NCBI GenBank assembly: GCA_016839555.1
Contig: JAEOUA010000008.1
Span: forward strand, 64,001-128,000
Source of the DNA: Promethearchaeota archaeon
Lineage (GTDB): Archaea > Asgardarchaeota > Lokiarchaeia > Sigyniarchaeales > SOKP01
Reading direction: 5' to 3'
Length of the DNA stretch: 64,000 nt
Within the stretch, counting starts at the first letter, position 1, and each line of letters begins with the position of its first letter. The notes under the pieces were generated by a model that was not told the origin of the DNA, made no database searches, and was given only the letters and a program-made list of their open reading frames with translations. Positions 1 to 9,666 of the stretch are shown here, one piece after another. The position numbers were made by a program, and so were the translations under genes.

Positions 1-554
1 TCATCTACAGCATTTTTCACATCCTCTAAATTGTTTAAATTAACCCTTCTTGCTTCAATTCCCATTTGAGGATATATTTTCGTAAATAATCGAAAAGACC
101 CAGTATATTGATTCTTATGAATTACCATATTTGGAATTATTTCAGGCTTTGTTTGAGGATATAATTCTTTAATTTTTTTAGGTCTTATACGCTCTACTCG
201 CTGTTGTAATACACTCATACAAGCTAAATGGATTGAAGCCATACCAGAAGCAACTGATAACCCCGATTCAGCTCCATGTAGTGTGGCAAGCTTTTTATCT
301 AAAGCATATAAAGTAGGATTTTCTGTTCTAGAGTAATAATAATGATTTTTCACAAGCTCAGATAAAGAATCATATACATATGACTTTGTTGCATATATAG
401 GAGTTCGTAGACTATGAGAAGTTTCAGGATAAGGATCTTCCCCGGCAGATATTAATTTCGTATTGAAACGCAGTCTATCCCATTTTTCACGCAATTCTTT
501 TTCTTTTTGGCTTTTTGGTTCATCAATTTCTTTTTTCTCTATAAAAATCACCAT
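1..554 (-). CDS. Cys/Met metabolism PLP-dependent enzyme (methionine gamma-lyase / cystathionine gamma-synthase / sulfhydrylase family), 3' part outside window
   Basis: Not in ORF track; hand translation gives ...FNTKLISAGEDP...LRTPIYATKSY...YSRTENPT...VASGMASI, the typical N-terminus of this family. Confidence 0.85.
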   Translation of the reverse strand, partial: MVIFIEKKEIDEPKSQKEKELREKWDRLRFNTKLISAGEDPYPETSHSLRTPIYATKSYVYDSLSELVKNHYYYSRTENPTLYALDKKLATLHGAESGLSVASGMASIHLACMSVLQQRVERIRPKKIKELYPQTKPEIIPNMVIHKNQYTGSFRLFTKIYPQMGIEARRVNLNNLEDVKNAVD

Positions 555-647
555 TAAAAGTTCAATTTTATTTCAATTTATTAATTTATTTTTTATTTAC
601 AATATAATTTGGTATAATTATTGTAAGTTATTTAGAAGAATTTTAGT

Positions 648-2159
648 CTATAGATCTTTTCCAGGTACATCTAAGGACCCCTCTTCCTCGTCCATTCCTT
701 CTAATTTTCTGTAATCATCCATAGTTCGGGCAGATATGATTTTTAAATATTCTTTAAGCTCCTCATCCACATTATCTGAATAACCTGGTCCTTGTTGAGT
801 ATCAAGGATCTCCTTTACTTTTTCCCCCGCTCTTTCTATAATATCTTTCGAACCTTCTTTTGTCCATTTTCCTCTTCTTTCCCTATCCATTAATTGTGGT
901 ACAAATAACTCTTTTCTCGTATTTTTTGCGGTATGTTTCAACATTAAATAAGCTTTATCAGTATTAGCAACTTCTTTTATTTGTTCGATAGCAAGTGAAT
1001 TTTCATCCACTTTTATTCCCTCTATTCCTCTCTTGACAATACTACATAATTCATCATCTATAACTAATAATTCCAATGCTTCGGAAAGGGATGATTCATA
1101 GGTTCCAGCACAGGTGATATAGTTGATACCCGCCTTTGCAGAACAGAATAATGTTATTAATCTTTCAGCTCCATTTTGGATATCAAAACATTTAGATTCC
1201 GTAACACATCCAGGTCCTCTAGAAGGAATCTTATAATATCTTGCTAATTGTGCATGAGCAGCAGATATCAAACCGGTTTCTATAGAACCCCAAGCTACAT
1301 TTCCAGTCGGAGGATCCATAATACTATTCATTGTGGAATAAAATACAGGTGTATTAGGATTAATTAATTGGGTTAACACAATAGAGGATAAAATTTCCAT
1401 ATTGGATTGAAGCAATAATCCGGCTAGGGTGACTGGAGCAGTAGAACCCGCATTAGCCGCGGGAGCAATAATTATAGGTTGGTTATATTTCGCAAATACA
1501 AAAAGACCATTTAGCATAACCTTTGTAAGCCTAAGGGGACTTGTAGGATTGAAAAAGGAGATTAGTCGAGGTCTCTTTTTTAATTCCTCTTCACCTCCTA
1601 CTATTATTGAGGCAATTTTCATCATGTCTAATGAGGCTGTTCTACCATAACATCCCAGACCATAGGGTTTATAACTATGATTTCCCCATGCATACATTGT
1701 ATGCCAATGGAGTTCGGTAAATTTCACATCATTTGGCCAGACATCTACATGTGAACAATTAATATGTTTTAATGTGTCAACGATCCGTATTTGTTTGATA
1801 GTATCCTCCAGAAGTGATTTTCTTACTTCTTTCTTATGGGACCGATCATAGATTTTGATGGGTGTGCCCACAGTCGCAAAATTGACCGATTTCGTATCGA
1901 TATCTAATCTGAAGGAGCCGTCAGGACCCCATAGAGAAAACGAATCTGGAACTTTCTTTAATTGTTCCATAACTAATTCTTCTGGAAATTTTACAAAATG
2001 CTTATTATTATTTTCAATGATTGCGCCATTTTCTTTCAATAAGGTTCTCGCTTCTTCAGTTTCGACTTTAACTCCAATTTCTTGTAATAAAGTTAACGTA
2101 TTATCATGTATTTGCTCGATCTCATCTAGAGATAATACTTTCATATAGTTTGTTTTCAT
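648..2159 (-). CDS. MttB-superfamily methyltransferase, pyrrolysine-free
   Basis: 503 aa; EIEQIH...LLQEIGVK start, PTSPL, APVTLAG, GSIETGL, ESKCFDIQNG motifs; no in-frame TAG. Confidence 0.9.
   Translation of the reverse strand: MKTNYMKVLSLDEIEQIHDNTLTLLQEIGVKVETEEARTLLKENGAIIENNNKHFVKFPEELVMEQLKKVPDSFSLWGPDGSFRLDIDTKSVNFATVGTPIKIYDRSHKKEVRKSLLEDTIKQIRIVDTLKHINCSHVDVWPNDVKFTELHWHTMYAWGNHSYKPYGLGCYGRTASLDMMKIASIIVGGEEELKKRPRLISFFNPTSPLRLTKVMLNGLFVFAKYNQPIIIAPAANAGSTAPVTLAGLLLQSNMEILSSIVLTQLINPNTPVFYSTMNSIMDPPTGNVAWGSIETGLISAAHAQLARYYKIPSRGPGCVTESKCFDIQNGAERLITLFCSAKAGINYITCAGTYESSLSEALELLVIDDELCSIVKRGIEGIKVDENSLAIEQIKEVANTDKAYLMLKHTAKNTRKELFVPQLMDRERRGKWTKEGSKDIIERAGEKVKEILDTQQGPGYSDNVDEELKEYLKIISARTMDDYRKLEGMDEEEGSLDVPGKDL
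1721..1805 (-). repeat. 85-nt inverted repeat, copy A (partner 3329..3413)
   Basis: Reverse complement matches 3329..3413 at 84/85 positions. Confidence 0.95.
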
Positions 2160-2306
2160 TTTATATCTATTTTTCCTTAAAGAAAAAAAAAGAAAATTTT
2201 TCTTTTCTTATTTAATTTTTATGTTAAAATAGTATTAATTATTAATTTAATTCTTTATTTTATTTTACTACCTAATGATTTAAATAAAAAAGCCTAAAGG
2301 ATATAT

Positions 2307-2954
2307 ATGAGTAGATATCAGGAAGAAATTTATAATGCGATTTTAAATTATGACGAAGAAAGATTAAAAACCATCTGTAAATCCGCTCTTGATAATAATA
2401 AAATAAAACCCATCGAATTGGTAAAAATTATTAGCGATATTATGAGCGAGTATGGAGAAAAATTCGAAAAAGAAGAGATTATGCTTCCAGAACTTATTGT
2501 TGTTGCCAATATTGTAAAAAGCACTATTGATGAAATAATAGACCCTGCCATACGTGCTAGCGGAGAAAAACGTGAAACTAAAGGTAAAATTGTGATTGGA
2601 ACTGTTGAAAGCGATGTTCATTCAATAGGAAAAGATTTAGTAGCTTCTTTTCTTTTTTCCAATGGATATGAAGTCTATAATTTGGGTGTCGATGTCCCGG
2701 CAGCTAAATTCCTTGAAAAAGCAGAAGAAGTAAATGCTGATATTATAGGTCTATCAAGTCTAATTACTTTATCATTAGATTTTCAAAAACAAGTGATTGA
2801 TGTATTAAAAAAGAGAGGAGTACGAGATAAATACAAAGTTATTGTGGGAGGTGCTCCTACATCTGCTGACTGGGCGAAAAAAATAGGAGCAGATGCATGG
2901 GCTGATGATTCTCTTGATGCTGTAAAAAAAGTAAATGAATTATTAAAAAAATAA
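2307..2954 (+). CDS. Corrinoid (B12-binding) protein, MttC/MtbC type
   Basis: Four-helix cap plus DVHSIG (DxHxxG), SSL and VGGAP motifs. Confidence 0.93.
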   Translation: MSRYQEEIYNAILNYDEERLKTICKSALDNNKIKPIELVKIISDIMSEYGEKFEKEEIMLPELIVVANIVKSTIDEIIDPAIRASGEKRETKGKIVIGTVESDVHSIGKDLVASFLFSNGYEVYNLGVDVPAAKFLEKAEEVNADIIGLSSLITLSLDFQKQVIDVLKKRGVRDKYKVIVGGAPTSADWAKKIGADAWADDSLDAVKKVNELLKK

Positions 2955-2977
2955 ATTTATCCGTGTGATGATGTAAA

Positions 2978-4498
2978 ATGAAACTAAACCAAATTAAGAT
3001 CTTAACAAATGATGAAATTGAAACCATTCATAATGCAACCATAGAACTTCTCTCAAAAGTTGGCATTAAAATGGATTGTAAAGATATCCAAAAGCTTATG
3101 CAAGAATACGGAGCAGAGGTAAATAAAGATTCTGATTTTGTGAAAATTCCTGAGTTTTTAGTTAATGAAATGATGAAAAAAGTGCCAGATTCCTTTACGC
3201 TACATGGTCCCGATGGTTCTTTTAACTTTGAGGTAAATACAACTTCTACTCAATACGCGACTATTGGAACTCCGGTGAAAATATACGATCCTAATAAAAA
3301 AAAGGGAGTAAGAAAGACCATCTTGGATGATACTATCAAACAAATTCGGATCGTTGACACATTAAAACATATTAATTGTTCACATGTAGATGTCTGGCCA
3401 AATGATGTGAAATATACCGCCATACATGCTCATGCTATGTATCAATGGGTTAAAAACACTCGAAAGCCATACGGTTTAGGTTGTTTTGGGAAATTACCCT
3501 CTCAGGATATGATGAATATGGCATCTATTGCATGTGGTGGGGATGAGGAATTGAAAAAAAACCCTAGATTGGTTGGTTTTTTTAGTACCACAAGTCCTTT
3601 ACATTTTCCAAAAATTATGACGAATGGATTTGAGGTTTTTGCGAAATACAACCAACCTACAATTATTGCCCCTGAAGCTCTCGCTGGTGCATCGGCACCC
3701 GTCACGTTAGCAGGTCTTCTTACCGAAATTAATGCTGAAAATCTCGGAGGTGCAGTCTTAGCTCAAATATTTAATCCAGGAGCACCATTATTTTATGGAA
3801 ATGTCTCACATATAATGGACATGAAAACGGGTAATTCTGCGATGGGTTCTATAGAAACTGGCTTGATAAGTGCAGCAGTTGCACAATTAGGACAATATTA
3901 TGGATACCCTTCGAGAAGTCCTGGAGCAGTTACAGACTCGAAAGTATTGGATCTTCAAAATGGAATCGAGCGCATGGAGACGCTTCTGTTGGCTACTCAA
4001 GCAGGAATAAATTATATTACTTGTGCAGGAACCTACGAGGCTACTTTAGTTGAAGCTTTAGAATTATTATTAATAGATGATGATTTAGTTGGAATGGTGA
4101 AAAGAGCATTAGAAGGAATTGAAGTGAATGAAGAGACTATTGCATTAGACATAATTGAAAAAGTTGCGACAAGTGATATAAAAGGCGCTTCATTCTTAGG
4201 AGAACTCCATACTATCAAACACATGAAAAAGGAGTTATATATGCCGAACTTAATGGATAGAAAGAGAAGATCTACGTGGTGGAAAGAGGGAGGTAAAAAT
4301 ATTATAGAAAGAGCACGAGAGAAGGTAGAAGAGGTGCTCAAAACTCATAAACGACCCGAAATTTCGCAAGATATTGATAATGAATTTAAAGCTTATATTA
4401 AAGAAGTAGAATCCAGATCTTTACAAGATTATATGAAGGTAGAAGGTTTAGAATCAGCTTCGGCACCTGTCCCTGGAACAGAGATAAAAGAAGATTAA
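2978..4498 (+). CDS. MttB-superfamily methyltransferase, pyrrolysine-free (paralogue 2)
   Basis: 506 aa, collinear with 648..2159; TSPL, APVTLAG, TDSKVLDLQNG motifs. Confidence 0.9.
   Translation: MKLNQIKILTNDEIETIHNATIELLSKVGIKMDCKDIQKLMQEYGAEVNKDSDFVKIPEFLVNEMMKKVPDSFTLHGPDGSFNFEVNTTSTQYATIGTPVKIYDPNKKKGVRKTILDDTIKQIRIVDTLKHINCSHVDVWPNDVKYTAIHAHAMYQWVKNTRKPYGLGCFGKLPSQDMMNMASIACGGDEELKKNPRLVGFFSTTSPLHFPKIMTNGFEVFAKYNQPTIIAPEALAGASAPVTLAGLLTEINAENLGGAVLAQIFNPGAPLFYGNVSHIMDMKTGNSAMGSIETGLISAAVAQLGQYYGYPSRSPGAVTDSKVLDLQNGIERMETLLLATQAGINYITCAGTYEATLVEALELLLIDDDLVGMVKRALEGIEVNEETIALDIIEKVATSDIKGASFLGELHTIKHMKKELYMPNLMDRKRRSTWWKEGGKNIIERAREKVEEVLKTHKRPEISQDIDNEFKAYIKEVESRSLQDYMKVEGLESASAPVPGTEIKED
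3329..3413 (+). repeat. 85-nt inverted repeat, copy B (partner 1721..1805)
   Basis: Single mismatch at 3346, followed by 67 identical nt. Confidence 0.95.
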
Positions 4499-4526
4499 GC
4501 ATATTAAAAATTAAGGTTTTAGTAAA

Positions 4527-5522
4527 ATGATGAGTATTTATGACCATCTTTCACAAGAATCTCCTTGGTCTTGTTTTTTTGCTATAGAATCTTATATAAA
4601 AGCTCTTCACATAGAATTAACCGCAGAGAATCAAATAAAAGCTTTGATAAATTATCAAAAAGATTATAATTTTGATTTAATATTTCCAAGGATGGATTTG
4701 GATGAATATGTAGATTTTATTTCTAAGGTGAAAACAAAAAAAGAGGAAATTTCCAAAAGTAAAGATTGGGTGAATATTAGCCCCGAAAAGATTTTTAATG
4801 TTCCAAATATGCCTCAGATATCGAAATCATCAACCTACCAGATATTAAAAGCAATTAGAGATTATAAAAGTACTGGGAATACATTTAAGTATATAGGTGG
4901 ATTTATTCCGGCTCCATATACTTTAGTATCTTTAGTGCTAGACTTGCAAACAGTTTCAGAATTAGTCATTTTTGAACCAGAATTTATTAGAAAGATGGTA
5001 GAATTTATAACACCGATTATTGAACAATATGCAAAAGTTTTAAGTAGTTTTGTAGACACTTTTTTTATTTTGGCTCCCAGCGAATGTACTATTATGAAAA
5101 AATCGTACATTAATCTTGTCCAAAAAAGTATGAATCAACTAATTCACTATTGCGTTTCTGAATTGAATATCCCAACGATAATGCATATGTGTGCTACAAA
5201 AAACAAAAATATAGTTAATGAAGAGATTATAAAGCCTATGAAAAAAGCAGGAATCTGTGGGTTGAATATTCCTAATATTACTGAAAATATTCCTTTAGCT
5301 CAAAAATATGATTTAATTTTATGCGGAGGGATCGATCCCGTCCAAATTCAATTAGAACCATTTGAGAAGACTTGTAAAATAATTTCATCCTTATTAAATA
5401 AAACTATATCAATGAAATTTATTTTAGCTACCAATTGCCAGATTAAATGGGCTCCTGATCAAATATCTTCTGAGGACTTAATCAATCTTTTCTTTAAATT
5501 GCTGTCTATAGCAAAGAATTAA
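4527..5522 (+). CDS. URO-D / MtaA-CmuA family protein (divergent methylcobamide:thiol methyltransferase-like)
   Basis: GGFIPAPYTL, HMC (HxC), CGGIDP and LATNC motifs; directly downstream of corrinoid and MttB genes. Confidence 0.75.
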   Translation: MMSIYDHLSQESPWSCFFAIESYIKALHIELTAENQIKALINYQKDYNFDLIFPRMDLDEYVDFISKVKTKKEEISKSKDWVNISPEKIFNVPNMPQISKSSTYQILKAIRDYKSTGNTFKYIGGFIPAPYTLVSLVLDLQTVSELVIFEPEFIRKMVEFITPIIEQYAKVLSSFVDTFFILAPSECTIMKKSYINLVQKSMNQLIHYCVSELNIPTIMHMCATKNKNIVNEEIIKPMKKAGICGLNIPNITENIPLAQKYDLILCGGIDPVQIQLEPFEKTCKIISSLLNKTISMKFILATNCQIKWAPDQISSEDLINLFFKLLSIAKN

Positions 5523-5648
5523 TTTCTTTATTAAAGCTTGAAATAAATAATTTTGGAATATTTTATAGCAATAAAAATATTTTGAGTTAAAATGAAGTTC
5601 CAGCTTAATAAAAAAGCTATGTTTTTGTCATGCCAAAAAAATAATAGG

Positions 5649-6617
5649 TTATTCAGTTAATAATTCGACTAAATCTTTTAGTTGAGGCTTTATACGGGCT
5701 CTTTTACCGAATACCTTTATAAACCAATAACAATCGGGGCAATAATACGTAACATAATCTCCTTTATAATCTTCTACTCTAAGCTTAGCTATTTTTTCAG
5801 CAACATCTTTTCGTAATTGATGACCAACCCCTCCTCCACAACAAAAAAGTGGAATATCCATAATTTCATATCCTGAATCATTTAAAAGATGTTCAATTTC
5901 AGTTTTAATCTCTGGCATACAATCATATATTAAAGGACATGCATGTTGAATACTTACTTTTCCCGATTTTTTATTCAATAGTGGCGTTAAATATTTAGTA
6001 TAATATTCAATTTCAATACCTAAATTATTATAATGTTTTTCAAATACCATGTAACAACTAGGACAGACAGTGATAATTTTTTTAAAGCCCTTCTCCATGA
6101 AAATCTTCTTATTTCTCGCAACAAGTTTATCATACGTGCTTATATCTCCTGTTACTAGAATAGGATAAGCGCAACATATTTCCTTTTCTAAAGTAGTAAA
6201 TCTAATTCCTTTTTTAAAGAGATAATTTGCTATATGAGCTCCGTATTGAGGTGTTTTAACGCTTACAAAACAACCAAAATATAATAAGGTATCAGATTTT
6301 TTTGGGAGTGCTTTTGGAAATTTGATTCTGCTTTTTGCGTCTTTATAAGGACTTCCATATTCTTCAAATATTTTTTTGGTTTTCTTTAAACCTTCTATTT
6401 TATTTCCATCTTTCAAAAATTTTTGTTTGAGTAAGATTCGCTCGTCAGAAGTCCCACATTCCCTGCAATGAATACAACTATAGAGTTTATAATAATCTTC
6501 TTGAGTAAATTTATATTCATCCTTTTTACAGAGAAGCTCGTGAACCTCTTCATTCGTAATAAAGTTTTCAGGTTCAACCTCTTGCGCAGGATAAGCCCTT
6601 TCCTTCTTTTCTTCCAT
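5649..6617 (-). CDS. CCG-domain Fe-S protein (HdrD/GlpC-like)
   Basis: CIHCREC, YFGC, EICCA, CPSC, HAC, CCGGG, CPDC. Confidence 0.85.
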   Translation of the reverse strand: MEEKKERAYPAQEVEPENFITNEEVHELLCKKDEYKFTQEDYYKLYSCIHCRECGTSDERILLKQKFLKDGNKIEGLKKTKKIFEEYGSPYKDAKSRIKFPKALPKKSDTLLYFGCFVSVKTPQYGAHIANYLFKKGIRFTTLEKEICCAYPILVTGDISTYDKLVARNKKIFMEKGFKKIITVCPSCYMVFEKHYNNLGIEIEYYTKYLTPLLNKKSGKVSIQHACPLIYDCMPEIKTEIEHLLNDSGYEIMDIPLFCCGGGVGHQLRKDVAEKIAKLRVEDYKGDYVTYYCPDCYWFIKVFGKRARIKPQLKDLVELLTE

Positions 6618-6638
6618 ATGGGATCAACAGCATACAAA

Positions 6639-7622
6639 TTACATTAATAATTCAAACACATCTTTAGCTTGAGGGTGTATACTATATTTTCTTGAGAAGC
6701 GATAAAGCCACCACCAGCAACTGACGCAGTAGGTTGTTACGTAATCAATATTTTCTTTATCAAAATCTTTTATTCTCTTTTCCCCTATAGCATCAATAAT
6801 GTCAATTCTATGCATACGACCTAATCCATGACCACAACACCACATAGGTACATGGATTACGTTATATCCACTTTTTTCGAAAATATTTTCGACAAATTTA
6901 TCTACATTTTCTCGCCCACGATACATAAGCTGACAGAGATGTTGAAACGCAACATTTCCAGACTTTTTTTCCTTAGCAGGTTTTAAATAATCCGAAATAT
7001 ACACAAATTTAATATCTTTATTCATAGCCTCAGCATAATCATTTCTAAAAAGATGATAACATGCGGGGCATAAACAAATTATTTTTTCATAATTCTTAAA
7101 GATTTCAATATTTTCTTTCATACATATCTGGAGTTCTGTTGTAGATCCTGAGACATACCAAGGCCATCCACAACAAATTTCTTCATCCAGAATGGTAAAA
7201 TCAATATTAGTTTTCAATAAATATTCTAAAGCGTGTTCTGTATAATGAGGAATTCGCATTGTGGAAAGACAGCCCATAAAGAAAAGCGTATCAGAATCTT
7301 CAGGTATACCTTCGGGAACCTTTATTCTCATCTTCTTCATGGGATAGGGCGTTCTATATTCTTTAAAATTAGTAAGCATTTCATCCCATCCTTCAAAGGT
7401 ATATCCTTGTTCTAAATATTTCTGTTTTAAAAGTATTCTTTCTCGTTCGGTTTCACATTCTCCACAATCAACACAATTATAAATCCTATAATAATCTTGT
7501 TGCTCAAATTCGAGTTGATTTAGATTCTTAACCATCTCTTTAACTTCATTATCTTCAATAAAATTTTTGGGATCCACCTCTTTTGTAGGATAATTCTTTC
7601 TTCCTTTAATTCTCTCTTTCAT
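6639..7622 (-). CDS. CCG-domain Fe-S protein (HdrD/GlpC-like), tandem paralogue
   Basis: CVDCGEC, FMGC, EICCG, CPAC, CCGHG, CVSC; collinear with 5649..6617. Confidence 0.85.
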   Translation of the reverse strand: MKERIKGRKNYPTKEVDPKNFIEDNEVKEMVKNLNQLEFEQQDYYRIYNCVDCGECETERERILLKQKYLEQGYTFEGWDEMLTNFKEYRTPYPMKKMRIKVPEGIPEDSDTLFFMGCLSTMRIPHYTEHALEYLLKTNIDFTILDEEICCGWPWYVSGSTTELQICMKENIEIFKNYEKIICLCPACYHLFRNDYAEAMNKDIKFVYISDYLKPAKEKKSGNVAFQHLCQLMYRGRENVDKFVENIFEKSGYNVIHVPMWCCGHGLGRMHRIDIIDAIGEKRIKDFDKENIDYVTTYCVSCWWWLYRFSRKYSIHPQAKDVFELLM

Positions 7623-7772
7623 AATAAAAACCTATATAGTTAGAATTTACATTATTCTTTAAATACATACATTCTAAATTATAAGAAATTTCCTTATATT
7701 TATGTTATTTTAAGAGGAATAAAAAGAATATAAAGTAAATATAAAAAAAATAAAATAAAATATTAAAAATTC

Positions 7773-7967
7773 TTACTCTTCCTTAGTACGAATCCAAATA
7801 TACACTATAAAGAGAATCGCAGTAATAACTGATGTGATCTTATGAAGGGCATATAAAATATCATAAGCTAATCCATTAATTAGGATTGCTGATGCACCGC
7901 CAGATATAAGTGATAGAAGAAGAAACACTCCAGTTATTATAATTATTTTTTTTTCTTTTGTTCTCAT
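7773..7967 (-). CDS. Small membrane protein, 2 predicted TM helices
   Basis: 64 aa, two hydrophobic stretches with a central His; 5 nt downstream of the ferredoxin gene. Confidence 0.65.
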   Translation of the reverse strand: MRTKEKKIIIITGVFLLLSLISGGASAILINGLAYDILYALHKITSVITAILFIVYIWIRTKEE

Positions 7968-7972
7968 TTTTT

Positions 7973-8887
7973 TTAGCTCCTTTTTATTATTTTATTGTTT
8001 ACCATATCGGAAATTTTTACATCTGGGTGGTGATATCGCTCATTATAAGATACGATTTCACCATTAATTGCCTTTTGTGGACACCACACATAACACGCGA
8101 AACAATTTTCACAATTATGTTGCCATATAGGTTTATTATTAATAATTTTAATATTATTTACAGGACAGATTTTGGCACATATCCCACAACCATTACAGTT
8201 TTCATTAATCTGAAAGCTTTTATCTGCTAATGGTATCATTTCTTTAAATTTAAGATTTGATGAATTGGATAATTTTCTATATCTTCGGGAGAATACAGGT
8301 TTTATTAATAAATGAAGTAGGAGAGCAGATAGAAATTTAGCAAATTTAGATCGTGTTTCAATCAAACCTTTTTTTTTATGAGAAATATAACCATAAATTA
8401 TGTCAAGCTTATTTTTCGAATTCTCAATAAGCTCTTTTTGTCTTTCTTGAATTTCATGATTACTCTGATTTTCTAATTCTTTACGCAATATTGCCGTTTT
8501 TAATTTATAAAAGACAGAAGGAGGATTAAATAACTTTAAGGTAAAACCAGCAGCTAGTTCACCACCACGATTATTAATTATTTCTTGTAGATTTTCAACG
8601 GTATCCCCGGGATTTCCACTATGGGTACAAACTGAAAAAATATATTTTGAATCAAGGTCTTTTAATTTATTGAGAAATCTTTCAACAATAAGCGGAATAC
8701 CACTAAAACCATTTGTCGCATAGTAGACAGGGAACACAAAACCAATCATATTTGCATCTATCGTTATATTTTCTTTTTCCATCATAGAAGGTATTGATAT
8801 TATTTTTCCATTTATCTTATTCGCAAGGTCTCTTGCTACAGCTAGTGAGTTTCCGGTACCTGTAAAGTAATAAATTTCTTTAGTCAT
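7973..8887 (-). CDS. EFR1-family flavodoxin-like/4Fe-4S ferredoxin fusion
   Basis: YFTGTGNS start, FPVY, CNGCGICAKICP and CENCFACYVWCP. Confidence 0.9.
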   Translation of the reverse strand: MTKEIYYFTGTGNSLAVARDLANKINGKIISIPSMMEKENITIDANMIGFVFPVYYATNGFSGIPLIVERFLNKLKDLDSKYIFSVCTHSGNPGDTVENLQEIINNRGGELAAGFTLKLFNPPSVFYKLKTAILRKELENQSNHEIQERQKELIENSKNKLDIIYGYISHKKKGLIETRSKFAKFLSALLLHLLIKPVFSRRYRKLSNSSNLKFKEMIPLADKSFQINENCNGCGICAKICPVNNIKIINNKPIWQHNCENCFACYVWCPQKAINGEIVSYNERYHHPDVKISDMVNNKIIKRS

Positions 8888-8908
8888 TTTCTGAACGCCT
8901 TAATTTTC

Positions 8909-9565
8909 TTATTCTCTCTTTCTTATAAGATCAAACAAAAACTTGATATGTATAGATAATTTGTTTATTAAGTTATCAATTAATGTTTCATAGGAAGTCT
9001 CGTTATATTCAACAAGAAAACATTCAAAGAATAGGAAAAGGCAATAATTAAAGAATTCTTTAGCTAGAAGATTAGCATCAAATTTTAGTATATATTCTTT
9101 TTCAATCATTTTTTGGAAAACTTGAGTCCAAAGGGAATAAGAAGGTTCCATAAATTGGTTTTTAAAAAAATCTAAGAATTTATCGTTTCGGTAAAGTTCA
9201 ATACACATCAGTCTTAAGACCTTTCTTATTTGGGGCTTTTTTAATTGTTCCAGCATTGGTTTAGTAGCATTATTTAGAACGATTTCAGGATCATATTTAT
9301 CAAGCAAGCTTTCTATTGATATTTCTTCAGGTTGATATCTAAATTCATTAAGAAGATAATCAATAATAGTATCTATGATATCTTCTTTTCCTTTATAATG
9401 GCTATAAATAGTACTTTCACTAATATCTACTAAACGAGCTATATCTCGTATGGACACAGCATTATAGCCTTTTTGTGAAAAAAGATCGATTGCTACATCC
9501 CTAATACGTTCTTTAGTTCCTTTTTTTTCCTTTTTAATATCTTTTTGCTTCATTATGTTTGGCAA
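8909..9565 (-). CDS. TetR/AcrR family transcriptional regulator
   Basis: TKERIRDVAIDLFSQKGYNAVSIRDIA...STIYSHYKGKE HTH; start may be the ATG at 9553. Confidence 0.93.
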   Translation of the reverse strand: MPNIMKQKDIKKEKKGTKERIRDVAIDLFSQKGYNAVSIRDIARLVDISESTIYSHYKGKEDIIDTIIDYLLNEFRYQPEEISIESLLDKYDPEIVLNNATKPMLEQLKKPQIRKVLRLMCIELYRNDKFLDFFKNQFMEPSYSLWTQVFQKMIEKEYILKFDANLLAKEFFNYCLFLFFECFLVEYNETSYETLIDNLINKLSIHIKFLFDLIRKRE

Positions 9566-9656
9566 ATCTTTCCTAATATCCTTTACTAATAATAAACAAA
9601 TTTTATTTCATTCTTAATATCTTAAAATAAATTTTGATATTTAAAGTTACCTAGCG

Positions 9657-9666
9657 AACGATCGTT
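9657..9666. promoter_or_regulatory. Palindrome AACGATCGTT, candidate TetR operator
   Basis: Perfect 10-bp dyad about 90 nt upstream of tetR, between two outward-facing CTTTAAATA TATA-like boxes (9638-9646 minus, 9680-9688 plus). Confidence 0.55.

Noticed and set aside
648-4498. Pyrrolysine-encoding MttB
   Set aside because: Both frames are uninterrupted, with Val at the aligned position; no pyl genes are in the window
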